DNA of 32,000 nucleotides from Clostridia bacterium (GTDB lineage Bacteria; Bacillota; Clostridia; TANB77; CAG-465): NCBI GenBank assembly GCA_017521005.1, contig JAFXEC010000005.1, positions 10,381 to 42,380 of the forward strand, read 5' to 3'. Shown piece by piece: positions 18,444 to 25,439 of this stretch (position 1 is its first letter; each line of letters starts with the position of its first letter). The notes under the pieces were generated by a model. It saw only the letters and a program-made list of their open reading frames with translations, ran no database searches and was not told where the DNA came from. The position numbers and the translations under genes were made by a program.

Positions 18444-18658
18444 TCCCACAACTTCCCATAAAAATATAATAATTTGTACAAAGTTATATAGTAATATATA
18501 AGTGTAGAAAGGATACAATAAAAGTATTTTTTCTACATAGTATATACTGATAAATTTTTCCCCTTTAAGCGAACGTTTTTGTTCGCTTAAACTCTTTTTA
18601 GGGTTTACTTTAGTGTCAAACTAGTGTATAATATATAAAACTTTTAGGAGGTATTTAT

Positions 18659-19315
18659 ATGATAATAGTAATACTAGGAGCTCAAGGTAGCGGAAAAGGA
18701 ACAGTAGGCGTAAAAGTTGCTGAAGAATTAGGTCTTGTTCACATTTCTACTGGTGATATCTTTAGAGAAAACATCAAGAATGAAACAGAACTTGGAAAAG
18801 AAGCTAACACTTACATCTTAGCTGGAAATCTTGTTCCGGACGAACTAACAAACAGAATTCTTAGGGATAGATTATCTAAGCCAGATGTACTTGAAAAAGG
18901 TGCAATGATAGATGGATATCCAAGAACAGAAAAACAATGTCATGATTTAGACGAGATGCTTGCAAGCATTGACAGAAAAGTAGATTTAGCAATAAATCTT
19001 GATGTAGATTATGACGAACTTATTTCTAGAATAACAACTAGAAGGGTGTGCAAATCTTGTAAAGAGGGATACAATACAGAATACAATCCACCTAAAGTAG
19101 AAGGTGTTTGCGATAAATGTGGTGGCCCTGTTGTACAAAGAGATGACGACAAAGAAGACGCTGTAAGACAAAGATTAGACATATATTATGCTAACGCAGA
19201 GGTTGTTCTTAATCACTATGCTAAAGACGGTAAATTAAGAGTTGAAAAAGCAGGTGACAAAATAGGAAGAAGCTCTAAAGTTGTAACAGCAGACTTAATT
19301 AGGGATTTGAAATAG
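18659..19315 (+). CDS. adk: adenylate kinase (zinc-lid type)
   Basis: ILGAQGSGKGT, HISTGDIFR, lid CKSCKEGYN...CDKCGGPVVQRDDD. Confidence 0.95.
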   Translation: MIIVILGAQGSGKGTVGVKVAEELGLVHISTGDIFRENIKNETELGKEANTYILAGNLVPDELTNRILRDRLSKPDVLEKGAMIDGYPRTEKQCHDLDEMLASIDRKVDLAINLDVDYDELISRITTRRVCKSCKEGYNTEYNPPKVEGVCDKCGGPVVQRDDDKEDAVRQRLDIYYANAEVVLNHYAKDGKLRVEKAGDKIGRSSKVVTADLIRDLK

Positions 19316-19331
19316 GAGAAGGTTAGAAACA

Positions 19332-20097
19332 ATGGTGTATATAAAATCTAAAAAAGAAATTGAACAAATGAGAGTACCAGCGGAGATTATGAAAGAGGTT
19401 TTATCAGAAATCAAAAAGAATGTCCGCGAAGGTGTAACAACTTCATATTTAGATTACGTAGCAGAAAGTGTAATGATTAAACATGGAGCAGTTCCATCGT
19501 TTAGAGGAGTAGAGTGTCCTTACCCAGGTGGTAAGACATATACCCATGCAACATGTATTAGTGTAAATGAAGATATAATCCACGGAATACCAGACTCAAG
19601 ACCTCTTAAAAAAGGAGATGTTGTTAGTGTAGACGTTGGAGTATATAAAGGACGGATTCCATGCAGATGCAGGAAGAACGTTTATAGTTGGTGAAGGTTC
19701 GCCACTAGCTAAGAAACTAATACAAGTTACAGAACAAGCCTTTTTTGCAGGTGTAGACCAAGCAGTGGCAGGTAATAGAATAGGAGACATATCTAATGCA
19801 ATTCAAACAGTGGTTGAAGGTGCTGGATTTAATCTTCTAAGAGAATATCAAGGCCACGGAATTGGTAGAGAAATGCATGAAGACCCAGGCGTACCTAATA
19901 TAGGTAAAAAGGGTAGAGGCGAAAGACTACAAGTAGGTATGGCACTTGCAATTGAACCGATGGTTGTTGCAGGATCACCAGAAGTAGTTGTAGGAAAAGA
20001 TAAATGGGTTGTAACTACTAGAGACAAAAAGCTTTCAGCATATTACGAAAACACTATTGTAATAACAGAAGAAGGACCAGAAATCCTAACATTGTAA
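19332..20097 (+). pseudogene. map: methionine aminopeptidase type I, split by a single-base frameshift near 19647-19651
   Basis: ORF 19332-19694 gives the MetAP N-terminal half up to VSVDVGVYK. ORF 19636-20097 (+1 frame) continues KDGFHADAGRTFIVG...EYQGHGIG...LAIEPM...YENTIVIT. Skipping one base in AAAGG restores DVGVYKDGFHAD. Confidence 0.85.
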
Positions 20098-20105
20098 AAG
20101 AAAGT

Positions 20106-20137
20106 CAAGATAGTTTTTACTATCTTGCTTTTTTTTA
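20106..20137 (+). terminator. intrinsic terminator after map
   Basis: CAAGATAGT-tttt-ACTATCTTG followed by C and T9. Confidence 0.8.
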
Positions 20138-20154
20138 TTAATAAATGCTATAAT
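20125..20154 (+). promoter_or_regulatory. extended -10 promoter (TTGCTT-18-TGcTATAAT)
   Basis: TGc 20146-20148, TATAAT 20149-20154, upstream of the 20172 ATG (SD AGGAGG). Confidence 0.5.
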
Positions 20155-20171
20155 GACCTTAGGAGGCTAAT

Positions 20172-21281
20172 ATGATAAACAAAACTTTTGAAGAGTTAGG
20201 TGAATATAGAGCACCTGATGGTTATATAGATTTTGACAGAGTAGTAGAAGAAAATGATGTAGAAACTAAACGTGAAGTCAGAGGTAATGTAAACAGAGAA
20301 AAAGATTGGATTGAAATAGAAGGTGGAAGCGTACTTGTAAAAACAGATGCTGACGGTCAACCGAATTCAGAATATTCTGAACTTATTTCTTGTGCGTTAG
20401 CAAGACAAGCTGGAATAGAAACCGCTGAATATGATATGGTAAGATATAAAGGTGAAACAGGACTTATTACAAAAAATATGTGTAAGCCTGGCGAAGAAAT
20501 GGTATCTGTTTATGAACTTATAGGAAACGGCCCGGATAGTGAAACTTGCCCAGATACAATAGACATTTACCATGTTTTTGATAACCTAGACGAAAAACTT
20601 CAAGCAGAAGGTTTTGATGATAACGAAATAGATAGTTGTATGTTAAGTCTTAGAAAACAATTGCTATTTGATTTATCTATTATGGAAGCAGACAGGCATC
20701 TTGAAAATATATCTTTAATATTTGGCAAAGATGAAAATGGGAAAAGAACAGTAAGACTAGCTCCTATGTACGATACAGAGGCAGCACTTGTTCTAGGTAA
20801 TGAACCAGACAAGATGCTTATAGTAGCGAAAGACTGGGGAAAAACAGCTACGCTTACTGCGATGCAAGAATCTAGAATTTCAATAATACCAGAGAATGAA
20901 GATGTTGCTATTCCAGGATTACCAAGTGATGCATCACCCGCTATGGCAAGTTTTTTTGCACAACTTTATGGTGGGGTAAAAAAGAATGATCGTAAAGAGT
21001 ATGGTTCGTTAAGTGAAGAAATGTGGAAGAAAACTTTCGATTTTCTTTGTGAGGACGAAAGAGTTGCAGAATATTTTGAGACAACTCTAAGTAAAATGAA
21101 CATATCTAAAGCAATAGGAGAGGTTGAAGCGAAAATAGGAACTAGATTACCAGAGCATGTTCGCGCAATGGCAATAGCTTGTTTTGAAGATAGAAAAATG
21201 GCTATGGAACATAGGCATGAAACAATGAGAGATGAATTTATACAAGGAAGAAAAAGAAGTGATGATGATACTATAAGATAA
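20172..21281 (+). CDS. HipA-family Ser/Thr kinase core (HipT-like, lacks the N-terminal subdomain)
   Basis: Catalytic and Mg motifs EADRHLENISLIF...RLAPMYDTEAAL, upstream VLVK...ELISCALARQAGIETAEY. 369 aa. Confidence 0.7.
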   Translation: MINKTFEELGEYRAPDGYIDFDRVVEENDVETKREVRGNVNREKDWIEIEGGSVLVKTDADGQPNSEYSELISCALARQAGIETAEYDMVRYKGETGLITKNMCKPGEEMVSVYELIGNGPDSETCPDTIDIYHVFDNLDEKLQAEGFDDNEIDSCMLSLRKQLLFDLSIMEADRHLENISLIFGKDENGKRTVRLAPMYDTEAALVLGNEPDKMLIVAKDWGKTATLTAMQESRISIIPENEDVAIPGLPSDASPAMASFFAQLYGGVKKNDRKEYGSLSEEMWKKTFDFLCEDERVAEYFETTLSKMNISKAIGEVEAKIGTRLPEHVRAMAIACFEDRKMAMEHRHETMRDEFIQGRKRSDDDTIR

Positions 21282-21284
21282 TAG

Positions 21285-21313
21285 TTGACATAATCTAGAA
21301 ATTGTGTTATACT
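21285..21313 (+). promoter_or_regulatory. near-consensus promoter, TTGACA-17-TATACT with TGn
   Basis: TTGACA 21285-21290, TGt 21305-21307, TATACT 21308-21313, starting 4 nt after the kinase stop. Confidence 0.6.
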
Positions 21314-21366
21314 ATTATAGCGTGCAAAATAATATCTAATCACAACTTGTGAAAGGAGAAAAAGCA

Positions 21367-21642
21367 ATGATCAAATATGACGTGTGGTTTAAGAACTTTA
21401 GAGTCGGCGAATTGTTCATCAACGAAGCAGGACAACACAAATACGTTGTCGACATGGGTGCCGTAGAAATGGCAGAGAAAGATGATACTCTTTTTGCTGA
21501 TGCAAAGACCAATCGTGATTGGTGCGACCCTATCCCGTTCTTCGAAAGCAGAATTGCAAATTGCAAGAAGTTTGGCGAAGAGAATGAAATCCGTTATCCT
21601 AACAGTGAATATTACTTCATTAAGGATAACCATTACAACTAA
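21367..21642 (+). CDS. HipS-like small protein (resembles HipA N-terminal subdomain 1), putative kinase partner or antitoxin
   Basis: ATG 21367 after AAAGGAGA. MIKYDVWFKNFRVGELFINEAGQHKY...DPIPFFESRIAN resembles the HipA N-terminus (VTWMNNQRVGELTKLANGAHTFKY...FNFFDNLLP, from memory). Confidence 0.5.
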   Translation: MIKYDVWFKNFRVGELFINEAGQHKYVVDMGAVEMAEKDDTLFADAKTNRDWCDPIPFFESRIANCKKFGEENEIRYPNSEYYFIKDNHYN

Positions 21643-21652
21643 ATAAAGGTAC

Positions 21653-21682
21653 AAGAGCTGTGTGAAAACACAGCTCTTTTTC
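21653..21682 (+). terminator. intrinsic terminator
   Basis: AAGAGCTGTG-tgaaaa-CACAGCTCTT followed by TTT. Confidence 0.8.
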
Positions 21683-21736
21683 TATAAAATGCTATAATTT
21701 ATAGCAAAAAAGATAAAATTTAATACAAATGTAAGA

Positions 21737-21772
21737 ATATATAGATGCATATTTTGCATCTATATATTTTTT
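21737..21772 (+). terminator. second hairpin plus T-run (terminator-like)
   Basis: 13-bp stem ATATATAGATGCA / TGCATCTATATAT, loop tattt, then T5. Confidence 0.5.
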
Positions 21773-21817
21773 AGCAAAAAAACATGTTAAAATTCACATA
21801 AAAATGTATTAAAATCG

Positions 21818-21846
21818 TTGACTTTTAGCATAAAAAGAGTTATAAT
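21818..21846 (+). promoter_or_regulatory. consensus promoter, TTGACT-17-TATAAT (infA/alpha operon)
   Basis: TTGACT 21818-21823, TATAAT 21841-21846. Confidence 0.65.
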
Positions 21847-21921
21847 TTAACCGTTAAGTTATGGGCGATTTATGCGCTTTTTACAAAACTTAGCATCTAT
21901 CTATGTGTATAGGAGGAATTT

Positions 21922-22140
21922 ATGGCAAAAGATGACGTTATAGAAGTTGAAGGAACAGTAGTAGAATCAATGCCTAATGCAATGTTTAAAGTTGAATTAG
22001 AAAACGGACATGTAGTTACAGCTCACATATCTGGAAAACTTAGAATGCATTATATAAAGATTTTACCTGGCGATAAAGTAAAACTTGAGTTATCTACATA
22101 TGATCTTTCAAAAGGAAGAATCACATGGAGAGATAAATAA
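21922..22140 (+). CDS. infA: translation initiation factor IF-1
   Basis: [38 protein letters not shown]...I.ILPGDKV. Confidence 0.98.
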   Translation: MAKDDVIEVEGTVVESMPNAMFKVELENGHVVTAHISGKLRMHYIKILPGDKVKLELSTYDLSKGRITWRDK

Positions 22141-22254
22141 TTTATATTGGTATAATCAAATATTAGAGCGGCTGTATGAGAAGAGTGTACCTCTCATATA
22201 TTTAATATTTGTTATATATATAAAACAGATACAGGTTTAAGGAGGAAATACAAA

Positions 22255-22368
22255 ATGAAAGTAAGACCATCTGTAAAGAAAATTTGCGAAAAGTGCAAAA
22301 TAATAAGAAGAAATGGTGTGGTTAGAGTTATATGCGAAAACCCTAAACACAAACAAAGACAAGGTTAG
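22255..22368 (+). CDS. rpmJ: 50S ribosomal protein L36 (zinc form)
   Basis: Not in the ORF track (37 aa): [37 protein letters not shown], with a GGAGGA SD. Confidence 0.95.
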   Translation: MKVRPSVKKICEKCKIIRRNGVVRVICENPKHKQRQG

Positions 22369-22380
22369 GAGGAAGCTTAA

Positions 22381-22752
22381 ATGGCACGTATAGCAGGAGT
22401 AGATTTACCTAAAAATAAAGTAGTAGAAATTGGTTTAACAGCAATCTACGGTATAGGTAGAACATCAGCTAAGAAAATAATAGCTGAAGCAGGAATTGAT
22501 TCTTCTAAAAGAATCAAAGACTTAACAGAAGATGAAGAAGCTAAAGTAAGAGAAATAATCGAAAGAGATTACGTTGTTGAAGGCGATCTTAAGAGAGATG
22601 TTTCTTTAAATATCAAGAGACTTATGGAAATTGGATGCTTTAGAGGAATCAGACATAAAAGAAAACTTCCAGTAAGAGGACAAAGAACAAAAACAAATGC
22701 AAGAACTAGAAAAGGCCCTAGAAAAGTAGTGGCTAACAAGAAAGGAGTATAA
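22381..22752 (+). CDS. rpsM: 30S ribosomal protein S13
   Basis: [13 protein letters not shown]....LT.IYGIG... Confidence 0.98.
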   Translation: MARIAGVDLPKNKVVEIGLTAIYGIGRTSAKKIIAEAGIDSSKRIKDLTEDEEAKVREIIERDYVVEGDLKRDVSLNIKRLMEIGCFRGIRHKRKLPVRGQRTKTNARTRKGPRKVVANKKGV

Positions 22753-22754
22753 TC

Positions 22755-23147
22755 ATGGCACCAGCAAAAAAGAAAACAACTAAAAGAAAAGTTAAAAAGA
22801 ACGTAGCAAGTGGTGTAGCACACATTCATTCATCATTTAACAACACAATCGTTAGCATGACTGATGAACAAGGTAACTTATTATCTTGGTCAAGTGCAGG
22901 TTCTCTTGGATTTAAAGGTTCAAGAAAGAATACTCCATTCGCAGCTAGTGAAGCAGCAACAGTTGCAGCAACTGCAGCTAAAGAACACGGTTTAAGAACT
23001 GTACAAGTAAATATAAAGGGGCCTGGAGCTGGACGTGAAGCAGCAATTCGTGCACTTCAAACAGCAGGTTTGGAAATCGATACAATTAGAGACGTAACTC
23101 CAATACCACACAATGGATGCAGACCACCTAAGAGAAGAAGAGTTTAG
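22755..23147 (+). CDS. rpsK: 30S ribosomal protein S11
   Basis: ...[20 protein letters not shown]...WSSAG..GFKGSRK.TPFAA... Confidence 0.98.
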   Translation: MAPAKKKTTKRKVKKNVASGVAHIHSSFNNTIVSMTDEQGNLLSWSSAGSLGFKGSRKNTPFAASEAATVAATAAKEHGLRTVQVNIKGPGAGREAAIRALQTAGLEIDTIRDVTPIPHNGCRPPKRRRV

Positions 23148-23162
23148 TGGGGGTGAAGACTA

Positions 23163-23792
23163 ATGGCAAGATATACAGGAGCAAGTTGTAAAAAGTGCAG
23201 ACGCGAAGGACAAAAATTGTTCTTAAAAGGTGAAAGATGTAACACAGGTAAATGTGCTATAGAAAGAAGAGCATATGCACCAGGACAACACGGAAAAAAC
23301 AAAGCTAAATTATCTGAATATGGTTTACAACTTCGTGCAAAACAAAAAACTAAAGTTTATTACGGAGTTTCTGAAGCTCAATTCGTTAAATATTACGAAG
23401 AAGCATTTAGAAGAGAAGGAGTTACTTCTGACATCCTATTTGGATTATTAGAAACAAGATTAGATAACGTATGCTACAGATTAGGATTAGGTTCTTCAAG
23501 AAGAGAAAGCCGTCAATTAGTAGGATATGAAATGGTTACAGTAAATGGTAAAAAAGTAAATATACCTTCATACCAATTAAGAGTTGGTGATGTTGTAGCT
23601 ATAAGAGATGAAAAGAAAGATAACACAACAGTTAAAGCAATGATCGAAAATATCAAAGCTAAAAACGTACCAGCTTGGTTAGAAGTTGATAAAGAAAAAT
23701 TAACTGCTAAAGTTATAAGAATACCAGCTAGAGCAGATGTAGATCTAGAAGTAGCTGAAAACTTAATTATTGAGTTATACTCTAAGAACTAG
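23163..23792 (+). CDS. rpsD: 30S ribosomal protein S4
   Basis: MARYTGASCKKCRREGQKLFLKGERC... Confidence 0.98.
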   Translation: MARYTGASCKKCRREGQKLFLKGERCNTGKCAIERRAYAPGQHGKNKAKLSEYGLQLRAKQKTKVYYGVSEAQFVKYYEEAFRREGVTSDILFGLLETRLDNVCYRLGLGSSRRESRQLVGYEMVTVNGKKVNIPSYQLRVGDVVAIRDEKKDNTTVKAMIENIKAKNVPAWLEVDKEKLTAKVIRIPARADVDLEVAENLIIELYSKN

Positions 23793-23871
23793 TAAATAGA
23801 CACAAAGGTAAAAATTAACTAACAAATTTATGTGTACGTGTAATCAGAGCGTACAGATAGGAGGAATTATT

Positions 23872-24822
23872 ATGTTAGAAATGAAAAGACCAGAAATTGA
23901 ATGTGTTGAAGTAGATGTAGACACATATTATGCAAAGTTTACAGTAGAACCACTAGAAAGAGGATTTGGAATCACTCTAGGAAACTCACTAAGAAGAATA
24001 TTACTTTCTTCTTTACCAGGATATGCAATTAATACTTTAAAAATAGATAAAGTAGCGCATGAGTTTTCAACAATACCAGGAGTATCAGAAGATGTTACAA
24101 ACATTATTCTTAACTTAAAAGAAGTTTGCTTAAAATCTCATGATACAGATGTTAAATCATTAAAAATCTCTAAAGTAGGTCCTTGTGAAGTTACTGCAGC
24201 AGATATAATAACTGATGGAACAATTGAAGTTGTGAACCCAGATTTACACATTGCTTACCTTGATGAAGGTGGAGTACTAGAAGCTGAAATGACAGCTACA
24301 AAAGGTAGAGGATATATACCAGGAGATAAAAATAGAGATGAAGCAGGTGGAGCAATAAATACACTACCAATCGACTCTATATTTACTCCAGTAAGAAAAG
24401 CTAACTTTATTGTTGAAAAAACAAGAGTTGGACAAGAAATAGACTATGACAAGTTAACACTTGAAATATGGACTAACGGAGTTATTGAACCATATGAAGC
24501 TTTATCTATGGCAGCTAGAATATTAAACGAACACTTAGAAATGTTCATAGACCTATCAGATATAGCTAAAAATATGTCAATAATGTCACAAAAACAACTA
24601 TCTGAAAAAGATAGAACATTAGAAACTCCAATCGAAGAATTAGAGTTTTCTGTAAGATCATATAACTGCTTAAAGAGAGCAGGAATTCATACTGTTGCAG
24701 ATATCGTATCTAGAACAGAACATGATATGATGAAGGTAAGAAACCTTGGTAAGAAATCATTAGATGAAGTAGTTGCGAAAGTTGCTTCATTAGGATTATC
24801 TTTCAAGAAACCTGAAGAATAA
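23872..24822 (+). CDS. rpoA: DNA-directed RNA polymerase subunit alpha
   Basis: The ATG at 23872 follows AGGAGGA. ...FTVEPLERGFGITLGNSLRRILLSSLPG...; C-terminal domain ...ELEFSVRSYNCLKRAGI.TV.D. Confidence 0.97.
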   Translation: MLEMKRPEIECVEVDVDTYYAKFTVEPLERGFGITLGNSLRRILLSSLPGYAINTLKIDKVAHEFSTIPGVSEDVTNIILNLKEVCLKSHDTDVKSLKISKVGPCEVTAADIITDGTIEVVNPDLHIAYLDEGGVLEAEMTATKGRGYIPGDKNRDEAGGAINTLPIDSIFTPVRKANFIVEKTRVGQEIDYDKLTLEIWTNGVIEPYEALSMAARILNEHLEMFIDLSDIAKNMSIMSQKQLSEKDRTLETPIEELEFSVRSYNCLKRAGIHTVADIVSRTEHDMMKVRNLGKKSLDEVVAKVASLGLSFKKPEE

Positions 24823-24841
24823 TAAGTAGGAGGAATTAAAA

Positions 24842-25366
24842 ATGCCAGGAACAAATAGACTATCAAGAACAAAAGGAGCTAGGGACGCACTATTAAAAGG
24901 GCTAGTTACACAACTTATCCAAAATGGTAAAGTTGAGACTACTCTTGCTAAAGCTAAGGAAGTTAAACCATTAGCAGATAGCATAATTAGTCTTGCAATT
25001 AAAGAAGCAGCAAATTTCGAAAACAAAGAAAAAACTGTTTCAAGAGCTAAATTAGATAAGAACGGAAAAAAAGTAAAAATTGAAAAGACTTCTAAGAACG
25101 GTAAGAAATACCAAGTAGTAGAAAGAGAAATAGTTAAAGAAACAGTTAAAGTAGATAAACCTTCTAAATTAGCAGCTAGAAGAAAAATGTTTAAGCTTGT
25201 AAACAAAATTCAAGATAGCAAAGGTAACACAATCGACTTAACAGATAAATTATTTGACGAAATAGCACCTAAATATGAAGCAGGTAAAGGCGGGTACACT
25301 AGAATAGCTAAACTTGTTGCAAGAAAAGGCGACGCTGCTGAAATGGCTATAATTGAACTTATATAA
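24842..25366 (+). CDS. rplQ: 50S ribosomal protein L17 with an internal Lys-rich insertion of about 50 aa
   Basis: N-terminal ...[32 protein letters not shown] and C-terminal ...[23 protein letters not shown] are canonical. 174 aa, versus roughly 115-130 as I remember it. Confidence 0.93.
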   Translation: MPGTNRLSRTKGARDALLKGLVTQLIQNGKVETTLAKAKEVKPLADSIISLAIKEAANFENKEKTVSRAKLDKNGKKVKIEKTSKNGKKYQVVEREIVKETVKVDKPSKLAARRKMFKLVNKIQDSKGNTIDLTDKLFDEIAPKYEAGKGGYTRIAKLVARKGDAAEMAIIELI

Positions 25367-25372
25367 AAATTT

Positions 25373-25406
25373 AACACCTAATCAATAAAGATTAGGTGTT
25401 TTTATT
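25373..25406 (+). terminator. intrinsic terminator after rplQ
   Basis: Perfect 10-bp stem AACACCTAAT / ATTAGGTGTT, loop caataaag, then TTTATT. Confidence 0.85.
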
Positions 25407-25433
25407 GACTTTGTTAACATAAAATGTTACAAT
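25405..25433 (+). promoter_or_regulatory. near-consensus promoter, TTGACT-17-TACAAT with TGn
   Basis: TTGACT 25405-25410, TGt 25425-25427, TACAAT 25428-25433. No protein gene follows on this strand. Confidence 0.65.
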
Positions 25434-25439
25434 ATTAGT

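Noticed and set aside
19641-19655. Programmed +1 ribosomal frameshift in map.
   Set aside because: An AAA-to-AAG slip would give the right protein, but the following zero-frame codon (GGA) is not a stop and is not obviously rare. There is also no upstream SD-like stimulator. A homopolymer indel is the simpler explanation; it is kept as an alternative in the finding.
21683-21772. Tiny transcript between the two terminators upstream of infA (TGcTATAAT at 21690-21698, hairpin plus T-run at 21737-21772).
   Set aside because: There is no -35 element, the DNA is very AT-rich so such matches are frequent, and the product would be only about 65 nt with no other support.
22141-22254. Extended -10 (TGgTATAAT, 22148-22156) and 7-bp hairpin (22175-22198) in the infA-rpmJ spacer.
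   Set aside because: These are plausibly an ordinary internal promoter or processing hairpin of the alpha operon. The stem is weak and nothing about it is unusual.
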